Shown: in pieces, positions 8,690 to 16,332 of the stretch
Layout: every line of letters starts with the position of its first letter
How positions within the stretch are numbered: the first letter of the stretch is position 1
Assembly: GCA_031261705.1 (NCBI GenBank)
Contig: JAISJD010000044.1
Location: forward strand, 1 to 24,000
DNA length: 24,000 bases
Direction: 5' to 3'
From: Lactobacillales bacterium
GTDB taxonomy: Bacteria > Bacillota > Bacilli > Lactobacillales > Streptococcaceae
Notes under the pieces: generated by a model
Seen by the model: only the letters and a program-made list of their open reading frames with translations
Database searches by the model: none
What the model was told of the DNA's origin: nothing
Made by a program: the position numbers and the translations under genes

Positions 8690-9208
8690 TTAATAGATAT
8701 ATTTTTCTTTGTGTGTCTGAGTTTGACTGTTTTCCAACACTTCCAATGTCTTACAAATATTTTCCAATGCTGAATTTAAGCCTGCTGCCCCTTTTTTCGG
8801 CATTTTGACAATCGTCACTTTGTCTTTATAGGCTTGAATGACTTCACTACGTTCCTCTGACATCGCACAAACGACCTTCGCTGTTCCATTTTCTTCAATA
8901 GACTCCGCAAGTTCCGCACACATCATGGAAAATTCTTTGTAATCGTATGATGGGCCACAAATCACTGCTTCGACATCTAGTCGTTTCAACATGCCGTTAA
9001 TTTTCCGTTGAACGACTTCTTTATTTTCTTCATAGGTTCCTGTGCCACAATAGATGGTCACAATTAATTGTTGTTGATATTTTTCTAAGAGAGGTTTCAT
9101 CATCACTCCCGGACCTAGTGCTTCTTTTGTTGCAGTCAAAGGGACATGAATATCTTCTTTTGTGCCAACTCCTGCTTGAATTTGATTTAAAATCATTACT
9201 ACTCGCAT
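8690..9208 (-). CDS. GrdB N-terminal-domain-like protein (copy 1), no selenocysteine region
   Basis: 172 aa. MRVVMILNQIQAGVGTKE..YCGTG..VICGPSYDYKEF..IVKMPKKG parallels the GrdB N-terminus (RVVHYINQFFAGIGGEE..ICGD..AGPAFNAGRYG, from memory). GGAGGG RBS, ends with TAA, lies directly downstream of EIIC-1. Confidence 0.75.
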   Translation of the reverse strand: MRVVMILNQIQAGVGTKEDIHVPLTATKEALGPGVMMKPLLEKYQQQLIVTIYCGTGTYEENKEVVQRKINGMLKRLDVEAVICGPSYDYKEFSMMCAELAESIEENGTAKVVCAMSEERSEVIQAYKDKVTIVKMPKKGAAGLNSALENICKTLEVLENSQTQTHKEKYIY

Positions 9209-9244
9209 TTTTTTCCCTCCACTTGTCAGCTTTTTTTGCAGATT

Positions 9245-10618
9245 CTATAAATCGTCAAATGAAAGCATCTCTTCTGTGATGTTATCCGCAAATTTTGCAT
9301 CATCCGCTGCTTTTTCTTCTTTCAGATATTGTTTATCCATGATTTTAATGAAAGGCATGTAGACAAAAACACCTAAAATCAGCAAAATGAACTGTAATAA
9401 AGCACCTGCCCAGTTTGTCGCTAAGAAACCTGAAATGACAATCGGTGTCGTCCATGGAATGTTTATTCCACTACAAATGGGTACAAGTTTCATAGACATC
9501 GCTGCATACGAGATGCCGATATTCATTGCTGGAACTAATACAAATGGGAGAGCAATTGTTGGGTTAAGTACGATAGGTAACCCAAAAATAATTGGTTCAT
9601 TAATCCCGAAAATTCCCGGAATCAATGCTAATTTTCCTAGCTCTGTCACACGTCTTGATTTGCAGAATAAAATCATTGCAATTAATAAGGATAACGTCGA
9701 CCCCGCACCACCAAATGTTGCAAATAAATCTTGGAATTGTTGACTAATAATATGTCCTTGACCTACACCTGTTTTGAAAAATTCAATATTTTCAAGGGAT
9801 AACGTTTGTAAAATGGGGTTAAATACTGCTCCAACTACGGATCCACCATTCACACCAAAGAACCAAAAAACATGTAAAAAGACATACGCAATTTCCATCG
9901 CACCCACTGTATCTCCTAAATGAAGCAGTGGTGTTTGTAAGAATTTAAAAATAAGGTCAAACGCATTGGTTCCAAAGAAACCAAGAATTAAGTTTACTGC
10001 AAAGAAAAATGCCATGGAAATCGTTGCTGGAATCAATGCCGCAAAGGAATCGACCACCATTTGAGGAACACCCGCAGGCATTTTAATGACCCAACCACGA
10101 CGCTCAACCCAAGCATATAAGCTAACGGATAGGAATGCACAGATAATGCCGATAAATATTCCTTTTGCACCAACCCAACCAAGAGAAATCCCAGAAATAT
10201 TGACATCTAGCGGGTCTTTCATGCCATCAACTGGGACACGCCCAGACACACGAAACGGCATTAATAAAAACCAGCTCATCAAGGTTACTGCCGCCCCAAA
10301 AATCGGGGTTGTCTTAATTTGACGCGCATAGGAATAACCTATCCCAACTACTGCAAAAATTGCCATGATTGAAAATGTCGCATCACTAGGTTTAGAAATA
10401 AACGCAGCTAACGTTTCTCCAGTATTTTTATTCACAACGGTATTTTCTAACCAATTCGTCCATGCTGGAATGGGGAAATTCCCAATCAGCAAGAAAATCG
10501 AACCAGCGATTAATAAAGGTGTCGATACCAAGAACCCATCACGTATAGACATTAAATATTTATTTCTCGCAACCTTTTCAGCAACTGGCAACATGACAGT
10601 TTCTAACTTTTCAAACAT
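9245..10618 (-). CDS. PTS EIIC permease, lactose/cellobiose/chitobiose (ChbC/CelB) family, copy 1
   Basis: 457 aa. RRGWVIKMPAGVP, FWFFGVNG, GGAGSTLSL and PGIFGINEPIIFGLPIVLNP match blocks of E. coli ChbC. GAGGGAG RBS before the ATG. Confidence 0.9.
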   Translation of the reverse strand: MFEKLETVMLPVAEKVARNKYLMSIRDGFLVSTPLLIAGSIFLLIGNFPIPAWTNWLENTVVNKNTGETLAAFISKPSDATFSIMAIFAVVGIGYSYARQIKTTPIFGAAVTLMSWFLLMPFRVSGRVPVDGMKDPLDVNISGISLGWVGAKGIFIGIICAFLSVSLYAWVERRGWVIKMPAGVPQMVVDSFAALIPATISMAFFFAVNLILGFFGTNAFDLIFKFLQTPLLHLGDTVGAMEIAYVFLHVFWFFGVNGGSVVGAVFNPILQTLSLENIEFFKTGVGQGHIISQQFQDLFATFGGAGSTLSLLIAMILFCKSRRVTELGKLALIPGIFGINEPIIFGLPIVLNPTIALPFVLVPAMNIGISYAAMSMKLVPICSGINIPWTTPIVISGFLATNWAGALLQFILLILGVFVYMPFIKIMDKQYLKEEKAADDAKFADNITEEMLSFDDL

Positions 10619-10725
10619 TGTAAATTCTCCCTCTTCATAACGCTAGTTCTGCTTATAACTTGCTCTAAGCAAAACTAGCATCTTTTTTGTAGATTTTTAG
10701 TTGTCGTGCTTTAATTCTTAAAATT

Positions 10726-11823
10726 TTATTCTTTTATTCCCATAGACTCTTTAAACAGGTCTACATCCTCCCAAGTTAAGCTTCTGCAAAACTCGGTTAA
10801 TAGATGAATGGTTTGCTTGTAGTCTTCTTGATGAACCAACAAACGAGACGAGTGCATATAGCGAGTAGGCAAGGATAAGGTCATCGTGACAATTCCGTCC
10901 ATTGCTTTATGGATATTACAAGCGTCGGTGCCCCCAACGGTCATAAAATCATAACGAATATTTAGGTTCAATTCCTTAATAATTTTTTCCATATGCTGCA
11001 ATAAACCACGATTGGCAATCGTTAAGGAATCCAGCACCGATAAAATACTGCCCCCGCCAAGTGTAATACCTCCTTGGTCAAACGGCGTATCTTGGGCAGT
11101 CGTGACATCTAAAGCAATTGCGACATCTGGTCGAATAAAATGAGCCGCCGTTCTAGCGCCACGTATGCCGACTTCCTCTTGCACAGAACCTGCAAAGTAA
11201 AGATCGGCTTCATGATTTTCCCCTTGAAGATTTCGCAAGACCTCCAATCCAACGCCGACACAAACACGGTCGTCCCACGCTTTTCCCATAAGGTAGTCTG
11301 GATTATTCATCTGACGGAATTTCACATGAGGGGTAATCATATCCCCGATTTGAATGCCCAACGCTTCAATTTCTTGCTGATTTTGTACCCCCATATCTAG
11401 GTAAAAATCAATCGGTTTCATGACTTTCGCTTTTTCATCTTCTGGCATGCCATGCGGCGCACGACTGCCAATCACTCCGATATATTTGTCTCCATTTGTT
11501 GTAGTAACGGTCATTTCTTGAGCGGGCATGACATGGCCCCACCAGCCACCGATTGGCAATAATTTTAAATAACCGTCTGAGGTCATTTGACGAACCATAA
11601 AACCAACCTCGTCCATGTGCGAGGAAAGCATGACTCTTGGCCCTCCTTGCCCTTTTTTATTCAGGAGGATAGAGCCTAGATTATCATACTGTATCTCATC
11701 AACTAGAGGCGCACCATATTCTTTAACAATCCTCGACACTTCACGCTCACAACCGCCAATTGCGTCTGCCTCACTTAATCTTTTCAGTAAATCTAAGTCC
11801 ACTTCTTTGATTGTTTTTATCAC
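10726..11823 (-). CDS. M42 family metallo-aminopeptidase (FrvX/PepA/YsdC type), canonical active site
   Basis: Motifs SSHMDEVG, AWDDRVCVG, VQEEVGIRG, ALDVTTA and RYMHSS are present. AAGGAGG lies 8 nt before the GTG at 11823. The track ATG at 11874 would overlap the upstream gene by 38 nt. Confidence 0.85.
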   Translation of the reverse strand: MIKTIKEVDLDLLKRLSEADAIGGCEREVSRIVKEYGAPLVDEIQYDNLGSILLNKKGQGGPRVMLSSHMDEVGFMVRQMTSDGYLKLLPIGGWWGHVMPAQEMTVTTTNGDKYIGVIGSRAPHGMPEDEKAKVMKPIDFYLDMGVQNQQEIEALGIQIGDMITPHVKFRQMNNPDYLMGKAWDDRVCVGVGLEVLRNLQGENHEADLYFAGSVQEEVGIRGARTAAHFIRPDVAIALDVTTAQDTPFDQGGITLGGGSILSVLDSLTIANRGLLQHMEKIIKELNLNIRYDFMTVGGTDACNIHKAMDGIVTMTLSLPTRYMHSSRLLVHQEDYKQTIHLLTEFCRSLTWEDVDLFKESMGIKE

Positions 11824-11836
11824 AGAACTTTCCTCC

Positions 11837-12904
11837 TTAGCGATTTTCACATTTGAATGCGTCAATCTGGTCATTGGTCAGTTGCAGGATGAATTTTACA
11901 AGAGCTGTTTGCACTGCTTGGTAATCTGCTAAAGCAATCGCTTGTAGTGGAGTATTCATGTTACGCACAGCCGTATTGAGAAATAAGGTCGGTGCTCCTG
12001 TCCGCAATTTGTTAATCCAACCGGCATCAGAATCTTCCATAGAATAGTAATATTGATAAGGAATTTCTTCCTTCTGGCACAATTCTTTTAGCGTATTGAC
12101 TAGCAAACGGTTAGGAAGAACGGTCGTGTCATAGTAAGTGATGAGTAACCCTTTGCCAAGTTCACCAATGACGTCCATCGCATCCTTTTGATAGTCCATT
12201 GCGCGTTCCGTATCAAGGACAAGCGCTAAATCAGGTTTAACCAAATTCGTTGCGGTTTGCGCTCCTCGCAAGCCCACATGCTCTTGAACGGCACAACCGA
12301 CATATAAATCAAAATCAAAACTTTCCTCTTTGACTGCTTCGAGAAGGTGAACCCCTAAAGCTGCACCTAGTCGACCGTTCCAATTATGCGCATAGATTTC
12401 TTTTCCGTTTGAAGAGGCGAAGAAAGGCGTATCAAACGTCACCATATCTCCAAAAGTAATGCCTGAATTTTCCGCTTCTTGCGCACTAGATAGTCCAATA
12501 TCCAGCAAGACGATGTTATTTTTATCAAGAGCAAGGTTGGCTTGATTGAAACCTAAAATCACCCCTTTAAAAGTATCGCCTGCTCGATTGGTTAATTTTA
12601 CCACTTGTCCTAGAAGAGCATTCGGTTCCACTTTTCCTAAAGCTAGCGCTTGTATCGTCCCATTTTCTTGAATTTTCTTAACGATAAAACCTAATTCATC
12701 CATATGTGCATGAACCATCACACGTGCGGCATCTGGATTGGTACTTTTCTTCACCGCATAAATTGAGCCTAAATTATCGTAAACAATTTCATCACACAAC
12801 GGTTCATATTTTTTTCGTAAATACTCTGAAATTTTCTTTTCATTTCCTGAAATACTTGGAATATCTGTTATTTCTGTCAATCGTTGGCTCATTGTTTCCA
12901 CCAT
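11837..12904 (-). CDS. M42-family paralog with substituted metal ligands (probable pseudo-peptidase or altered-function subunit)
   Basis: 355 aa with the M42 fold throughout (HAHMDELGF, VQEHVGLRGA, VLDTERA). WNGR replaces WDDR, QEH replaces QEE and NMNT replaces YMHS. GGGGGA RBS. Confidence 0.8.
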   Translation of the reverse strand: MVETMSQRLTEITDIPSISGNEKKISEYLRKKYEPLCDEIVYDNLGSIYAVKKSTNPDAARVMVHAHMDELGFIVKKIQENGTIQALALGKVEPNALLGQVVKLTNRAGDTFKGVILGFNQANLALDKNNIVLLDIGLSSAQEAENSGITFGDMVTFDTPFFASSNGKEIYAHNWNGRLGAALGVHLLEAVKEESFDFDLYVGCAVQEHVGLRGAQTATNLVKPDLALVLDTERAMDYQKDAMDVIGELGKGLLITYYDTTVLPNRLLVNTLKELCQKEEIPYQYYYSMEDSDAGWINKLRTGAPTLFLNTAVRNMNTPLQAIALADYQAVQTALVKFILQLTNDQIDAFKCENR

Positions 12905-12953
12905 TTCCCAGTCCCCCTATAAATCACAAGAAATCATTTTTTTATTTTTGCTT

Positions 12954-13484
12954 TTAGTAACAATACTGCTCTACAAATTCAGAAATATCTGCTTGTGTTG
13001 TTTTAAGCTGACACAATTGAAGCATTTTTTGGATTGATTCTGTTAAGCCAATGCCCCCTTTTTTGGGCATTTTCACAATGGTTACATCCTCTTTATGCTT
13101 TTCAATGCCCTCGACACATTCCACAGACATGGCTGCAACCGTTGGAATTTGTAGCTTTTGTTGAATCATTAAGGCAACATCTCCTGCCATGATTCCGTAT
13201 TTTTCATAATTAAAACAAGGACCACATAACACGACATCTGGTTTTAATTTTTTCACCATAGCGGTTAATTTCAAGGCAGTTTCTTCAGGGTTTGCTAGAT
13301 AAAAATCATCTCCACAATAAAGGGTTGCGAGAATACTTCCATCCACTTCTGAAAGATAGTTTTCAAACATTTTTGCCGAGCCTACTGGAAGCTTCTTTCC
13401 GCCTAGCGGTTGCATACCCTTTTCCTTTCCACCTAATCCCGCTTGAATTTGGTCTAAAATGACAATAATTTTCACACTGCTCAT
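12954..13484 (-). CDS. GrdB N-terminal-domain-like protein (copy 2), no selenocysteine region
   Basis: 176 aa. VKIIVILDQIQAGLGGKEKG..LYCGDDFY..VLCGPCFNYEKYG..IVKMPKKGGIGL. The ATG lies 3 nt after the EIIC-2 stop codon, suggesting translational coupling. Ends with TAA. Confidence 0.75.
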   Translation of the reverse strand: MSSVKIIVILDQIQAGLGGKEKGMQPLGGKKLPVGSAKMFENYLSEVDGSILATLYCGDDFYLANPEETALKLTAMVKKLKPDVVLCGPCFNYEKYGIMAGDVALMIQQKLQIPTVAAMSVECVEGIEKHKEDVTIVKMPKKGGIGLTESIQKMLQLCQLKTTQADISEFVEQYCY

Positions 13485-13487
13485 CTC

Positions 13488-14825
13488 CTACAAATCTTCT
13501 ATTATAAGGTCATCAAATGAAAGCTCTTCTTCTGCTTCTTCCGCTGCTTTTGCTTCATCTTTCAAATATTGATTATCTAACGCTTTAATGAATGGATAAT
13601 AAATGCCACAGCCTAAAATTAACAGAACAAATTGCCAAAGTGCTGCGACAATACTTCCTGTACTTAGATAACCTGAGAATCCAATTGGTGTTGTCCAAGG
13701 AAGTGAAACCCCTGTAGTATAAGGAATAATTCCTAAATTCGTCACCAAAGTAGATAATAGTAAATTAATCACTGGTGTTAAGATAAACGGAATAATAATA
13801 ATTGGATTTAAAACAACGGGTAGCCCAAAAATAATGGGTTCATTGATACCGAAAATTCCAGGAACAATTGACAGCTTTCCTAATTGTTTAATCCGTTGAG
13901 ATTTACAGAACAACATCATGATAATCACTAAGGATAACGTCGAACCGCCTCCTCCAAAGTTCGTAAAGAAATTAGAGAATGGGTCTGTAAAAATATTTGG
14001 TAAGGCGTGACCAGACTGGAACGCTTCCAAATTTTCCATGGTCAAAATTTTGGTAATTGGTGCAAACACAGAGTTGGCAACTGCTGGCCCATTAATCCCA
14101 AAGAACCAGAAAATTGTACAAGCCATACTGTAAACAATTTGTGCCCCTAGAGTATTCCCTACATTTTTCAATGGCGATTGTAAAAATTCAAAAATAAAAT
14201 TATGTGCGGTTTCAAAAGAGGTCAAACCAAAACCAATTCTAACAAAGAAGAACAAAACCATAACAATAGCACTAGGAACAAGTGCTTCAAATGATTTTGT
14301 GACTGCTGGCGGAACACCCGGTGGCATTTTTATCGTCCAGCCTTTTTTCGTGACGTAAGAATAGATTAAAACCGAGATAAGTGCGACAACCAATCCAACG
14401 AAAATGCCGTTTGTACCTAAATGTTCAAATCGTAAACCGCTCACAGGGTCTTTTACCCCTTCAATAAAAATCTTGTGGGGGGTTAAAATTAAGAACCCAA
14501 TCGCTGCAACTGCCGCTGCTTGAATCGAATCTACCTTAAGCTCACGACCGTAAGCATAGGCTGTTCCTAAACAAGAAAAGAAACCAACCGTGTTAAAGAC
14601 TGACCCTGAAACTGCGGTAAACCAAGATTCCCAGCCCTCACCAAAAATTCCAGCCCAAAATTCCGACCAATTGGGGATTGGAAAATTGGCAATCAATAAG
14701 AATATTGATGCGACAATAATGAGTGGTGTCGTAATCAGGAAACCATCCCGAATCGCAATTAGGACTTTATTCGTCCCCAGCTTTCCAGCAGCAGGCATCA
14801 ATACTTTTTCAAACTTTTCAAACAT
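13488..14825 (-). CDS. PTS EIIC permease, lactose/cellobiose/chitobiose (ChbC/CelB) family, copy 2
   Basis: Same conserved blocks as copy 1 (KKGWTIKMPPGVP, FWFFGINGP, GGGGSTLSL, PGIFGINEPIIFGLPVVLNP). Start placed at the ATG at 14825 (MFEKFEKV), preceded by GAGGGAGGA and matching the copy 1 start. The track start at 14963 adds 46 aa that copy 1 lacks. Confidence 0.85.
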   Translation of the reverse strand: MFEKFEKVLMPAAGKLGTNKVLIAIRDGFLITTPLIIVASIFLLIANFPIPNWSEFWAGIFGEGWESWFTAVSGSVFNTVGFFSCLGTAYAYGRELKVDSIQAAAVAAIGFLILTPHKIFIEGVKDPVSGLRFEHLGTNGIFVGLVVALISVLIYSYVTKKGWTIKMPPGVPPAVTKSFEALVPSAIVMVLFFFVRIGFGLTSFETAHNFIFEFLQSPLKNVGNTLGAQIVYSMACTIFWFFGINGPAVANSVFAPITKILTMENLEAFQSGHALPNIFTDPFSNFFTNFGGGGSTLSLVIIMMLFCKSQRIKQLGKLSIVPGIFGINEPIIFGLPVVLNPIIIIPFILTPVINLLLSTLVTNLGIIPYTTGVSLPWTTPIGFSGYLSTGSIVAALWQFVLLILGCGIYYPFIKALDNQYLKDEAKAAEEAEEELSFDDLIIEDL

Positions 14826-14870
14826 TGTAAATCCTCCCTCTTCACTAAGCGAAGACAACTTCCCAGAAAT

Positions 14871-14888
14871 GTTGTCGTGCTCGACTTC
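14871..14888 (-). promoter_or_regulatory. composite leader motif GAAGTCGAGCACGACAAC, with halves recurring in the EIIC-1 and yitT leaders
   Basis: Minus-strand GAAGTCGAGCAC (14888-14877) is identical to 18102-18091 in the yitT leader. Minus-strand AGCACGACAAC (14881-14871) is identical to 10710-10700 in the EIIC-1 leader. The core GTCGAGCACGAC is a GTCG-N4-CGAC inverted repeat. Confidence 0.35.
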
Positions 14889-14972
14889 TTTTCTGCTCCA
14901 TTTCACTTCGCATACAGTCGCTACTAAACAGCAAGCTGTAAGTAGGACTAGCAACTTTTTCATTCCTTTTAT

Positions 14973-16280
14973 TTATAAGCTCGCCAAGCGGTACATCGCC
15001 AGCGTATAAATCTCCATATTCTTCAGCAAATCGGCTTCGTTCATCCATTCATCTTCTTTGTGAGCAATCCCCTTTTGCCCAGGAAAAGATGGACCGAATG
15101 CAACGATATTTGGCATAAAGCGTGCATAGGTTGCGCCTGTTGTCGTGACAGGTGTGCCGTCTAGCCCTGTTTCCTCCTCATAAACCTCACTTAATAGGCG
15201 AATGAACGGCGTGTCTTTTGGCTGATTGGTACTCTTCAAACGACGCACTACTTCTAATGTAGAGTGAGGTGGCAGGTGTTGTTCCAAGGCATGAATCACC
15301 GTTTCTTCATTCACCGTTACAGGATAACGAATCGCTAGGTGAAGTAGCATACCCTCCTCCTCTTTTTCTAAAATGACGGGTGTCACGATAAGTTTGCCTG
15401 ACTCTTCGTCTTCAAAAGCAATCCCCAAGCCTTCGCCATAATGTTTTTCGTCTAATGAGTCTGCAAGCCATTCAAAATAGCTTTGTAACGCATTTTTCGG
15501 CAAGAGTTTTGCAAGCTGGTCGGCAAGCATTGTGATCGCATTGACGCCAAGCTCTGGTGCATTGGACGGAGAAGATTTCCCAGAAACCTCAATCGCTGCA
15601 CCGTTCACACTTGTCTTTACATAACTTGAAACATGGTCACGTGCCATGTCGCCCGTGATTTCCCCCAGTTCAGCGAGTTCATCCTTAGATAGAGAAGTCC
15701 GAATTTCAACATTGACAATGCCACGTTCCCCGTAAACCACCGGATATTTCCCGTCAGGCGTGAATCCGAAAATCGGTGGCTTTTCTTGTGCCAAATAAAG
15801 CGGAATATCATGAGAACCGCTCTCTTCATCACTTCCAAAGAGGACGCGAATCGGTGTTTTCGGCACGACACCCAATTCGTTTAGAATTTTCAGACCAAAC
15901 AGGCAAGAAATAATCGGCCCCTTATTGTCTAAAATTCCGCGAGCATAGAGCTTATCCCCTCTTTTCGTTAGAAGAAATGGATCGGATGTCCATTTTTGAT
16001 TGGTCACAGGAACCACGTCCAAATGTCCGAGCACACCGTAATAGTCCTTCGCATCCGCACCAAGCTGTGCATAGCCTACAGCATTCCCCACAATATCGGT
16101 GTCAAGACCATAACCTTGAGCGAGCTGTGTTGCCACTTCAATCGCCTGTTTCGATGCTTGCCCAAAAGGTGCGTCCGCTTGTGCCTCGCCAAGAACACTT
16201 GGCACTTCAATGACGGTCGCTAAATCCTTTAAATAATCGTTCCACTCCTCTCTGATTTTTTCCTTAATTCTTCTTTCCAT
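14973..16280 (-). CDS. M20 family dipeptidase (PepV/Sapep-like)
   Basis: 435 aa with GHLDVVP, ARGILDNKGP and FGSDEESGS metal/catalytic motifs. GGAGGA RBS. Confidence 0.85.
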   Translation of the reverse strand: MERRIKEKIREEWNDYLKDLATVIEVPSVLGEAQADAPFGQASKQAIEVATQLAQGYGLDTDIVGNAVGYAQLGADAKDYYGVLGHLDVVPVTNQKWTSDPFLLTKRGDKLYARGILDNKGPIISCLFGLKILNELGVVPKTPIRVLFGSDEESGSHDIPLYLAQEKPPIFGFTPDGKYPVVYGERGIVNVEIRTSLSKDELAELGEITGDMARDHVSSYVKTSVNGAAIEVSGKSSPSNAPELGVNAITMLADQLAKLLPKNALQSYFEWLADSLDEKHYGEGLGIAFEDEESGKLIVTPVILEKEEEGMLLHLAIRYPVTVNEETVIHALEQHLPPHSTLEVVRRLKSTNQPKDTPFIRLLSEVYEEETGLDGTPVTTTGATYARFMPNIVAFGPSFPGQKGIAHKEDEWMNEADLLKNMEIYTLAMYRLASL

Positions 16281-16332
16281 ACTCTTTCCTCCACTTCCTT
16301 TTGATAAAGCTTTTGTCTTGATAGTTAGAGTC

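Noticed and set aside
8690-13484. Possibility that the GrdB-like genes are selenoproteins read through a UGA codon.
   Set aside because: Both ORFs terminate at TAA (8690-8692 and 12954-12956), with no in-frame TGA. The next gene or RBS follows immediately, so there is no room for the Sec-containing C-terminal half or a SECIS element.
14826-14963. An in-frame 46-aa N-terminal extension of EIIC-2 begins with a lipoprotein-like signal (MKKLLVLLTAC, lipobox LTAC).
   Set aside because: The internal ATG at 14825 has a strong GAGGGAGGA RBS and aligns exactly with the EIIC-1 start (MFEK). The upstream ATG has AGGA directly abutting it, with no spacer. A lipoprotein signal fused to a polytopic EIIC makes little topological sense. 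It remains a curiosity that N-terminal proteomics or Ribo-seq could settle.
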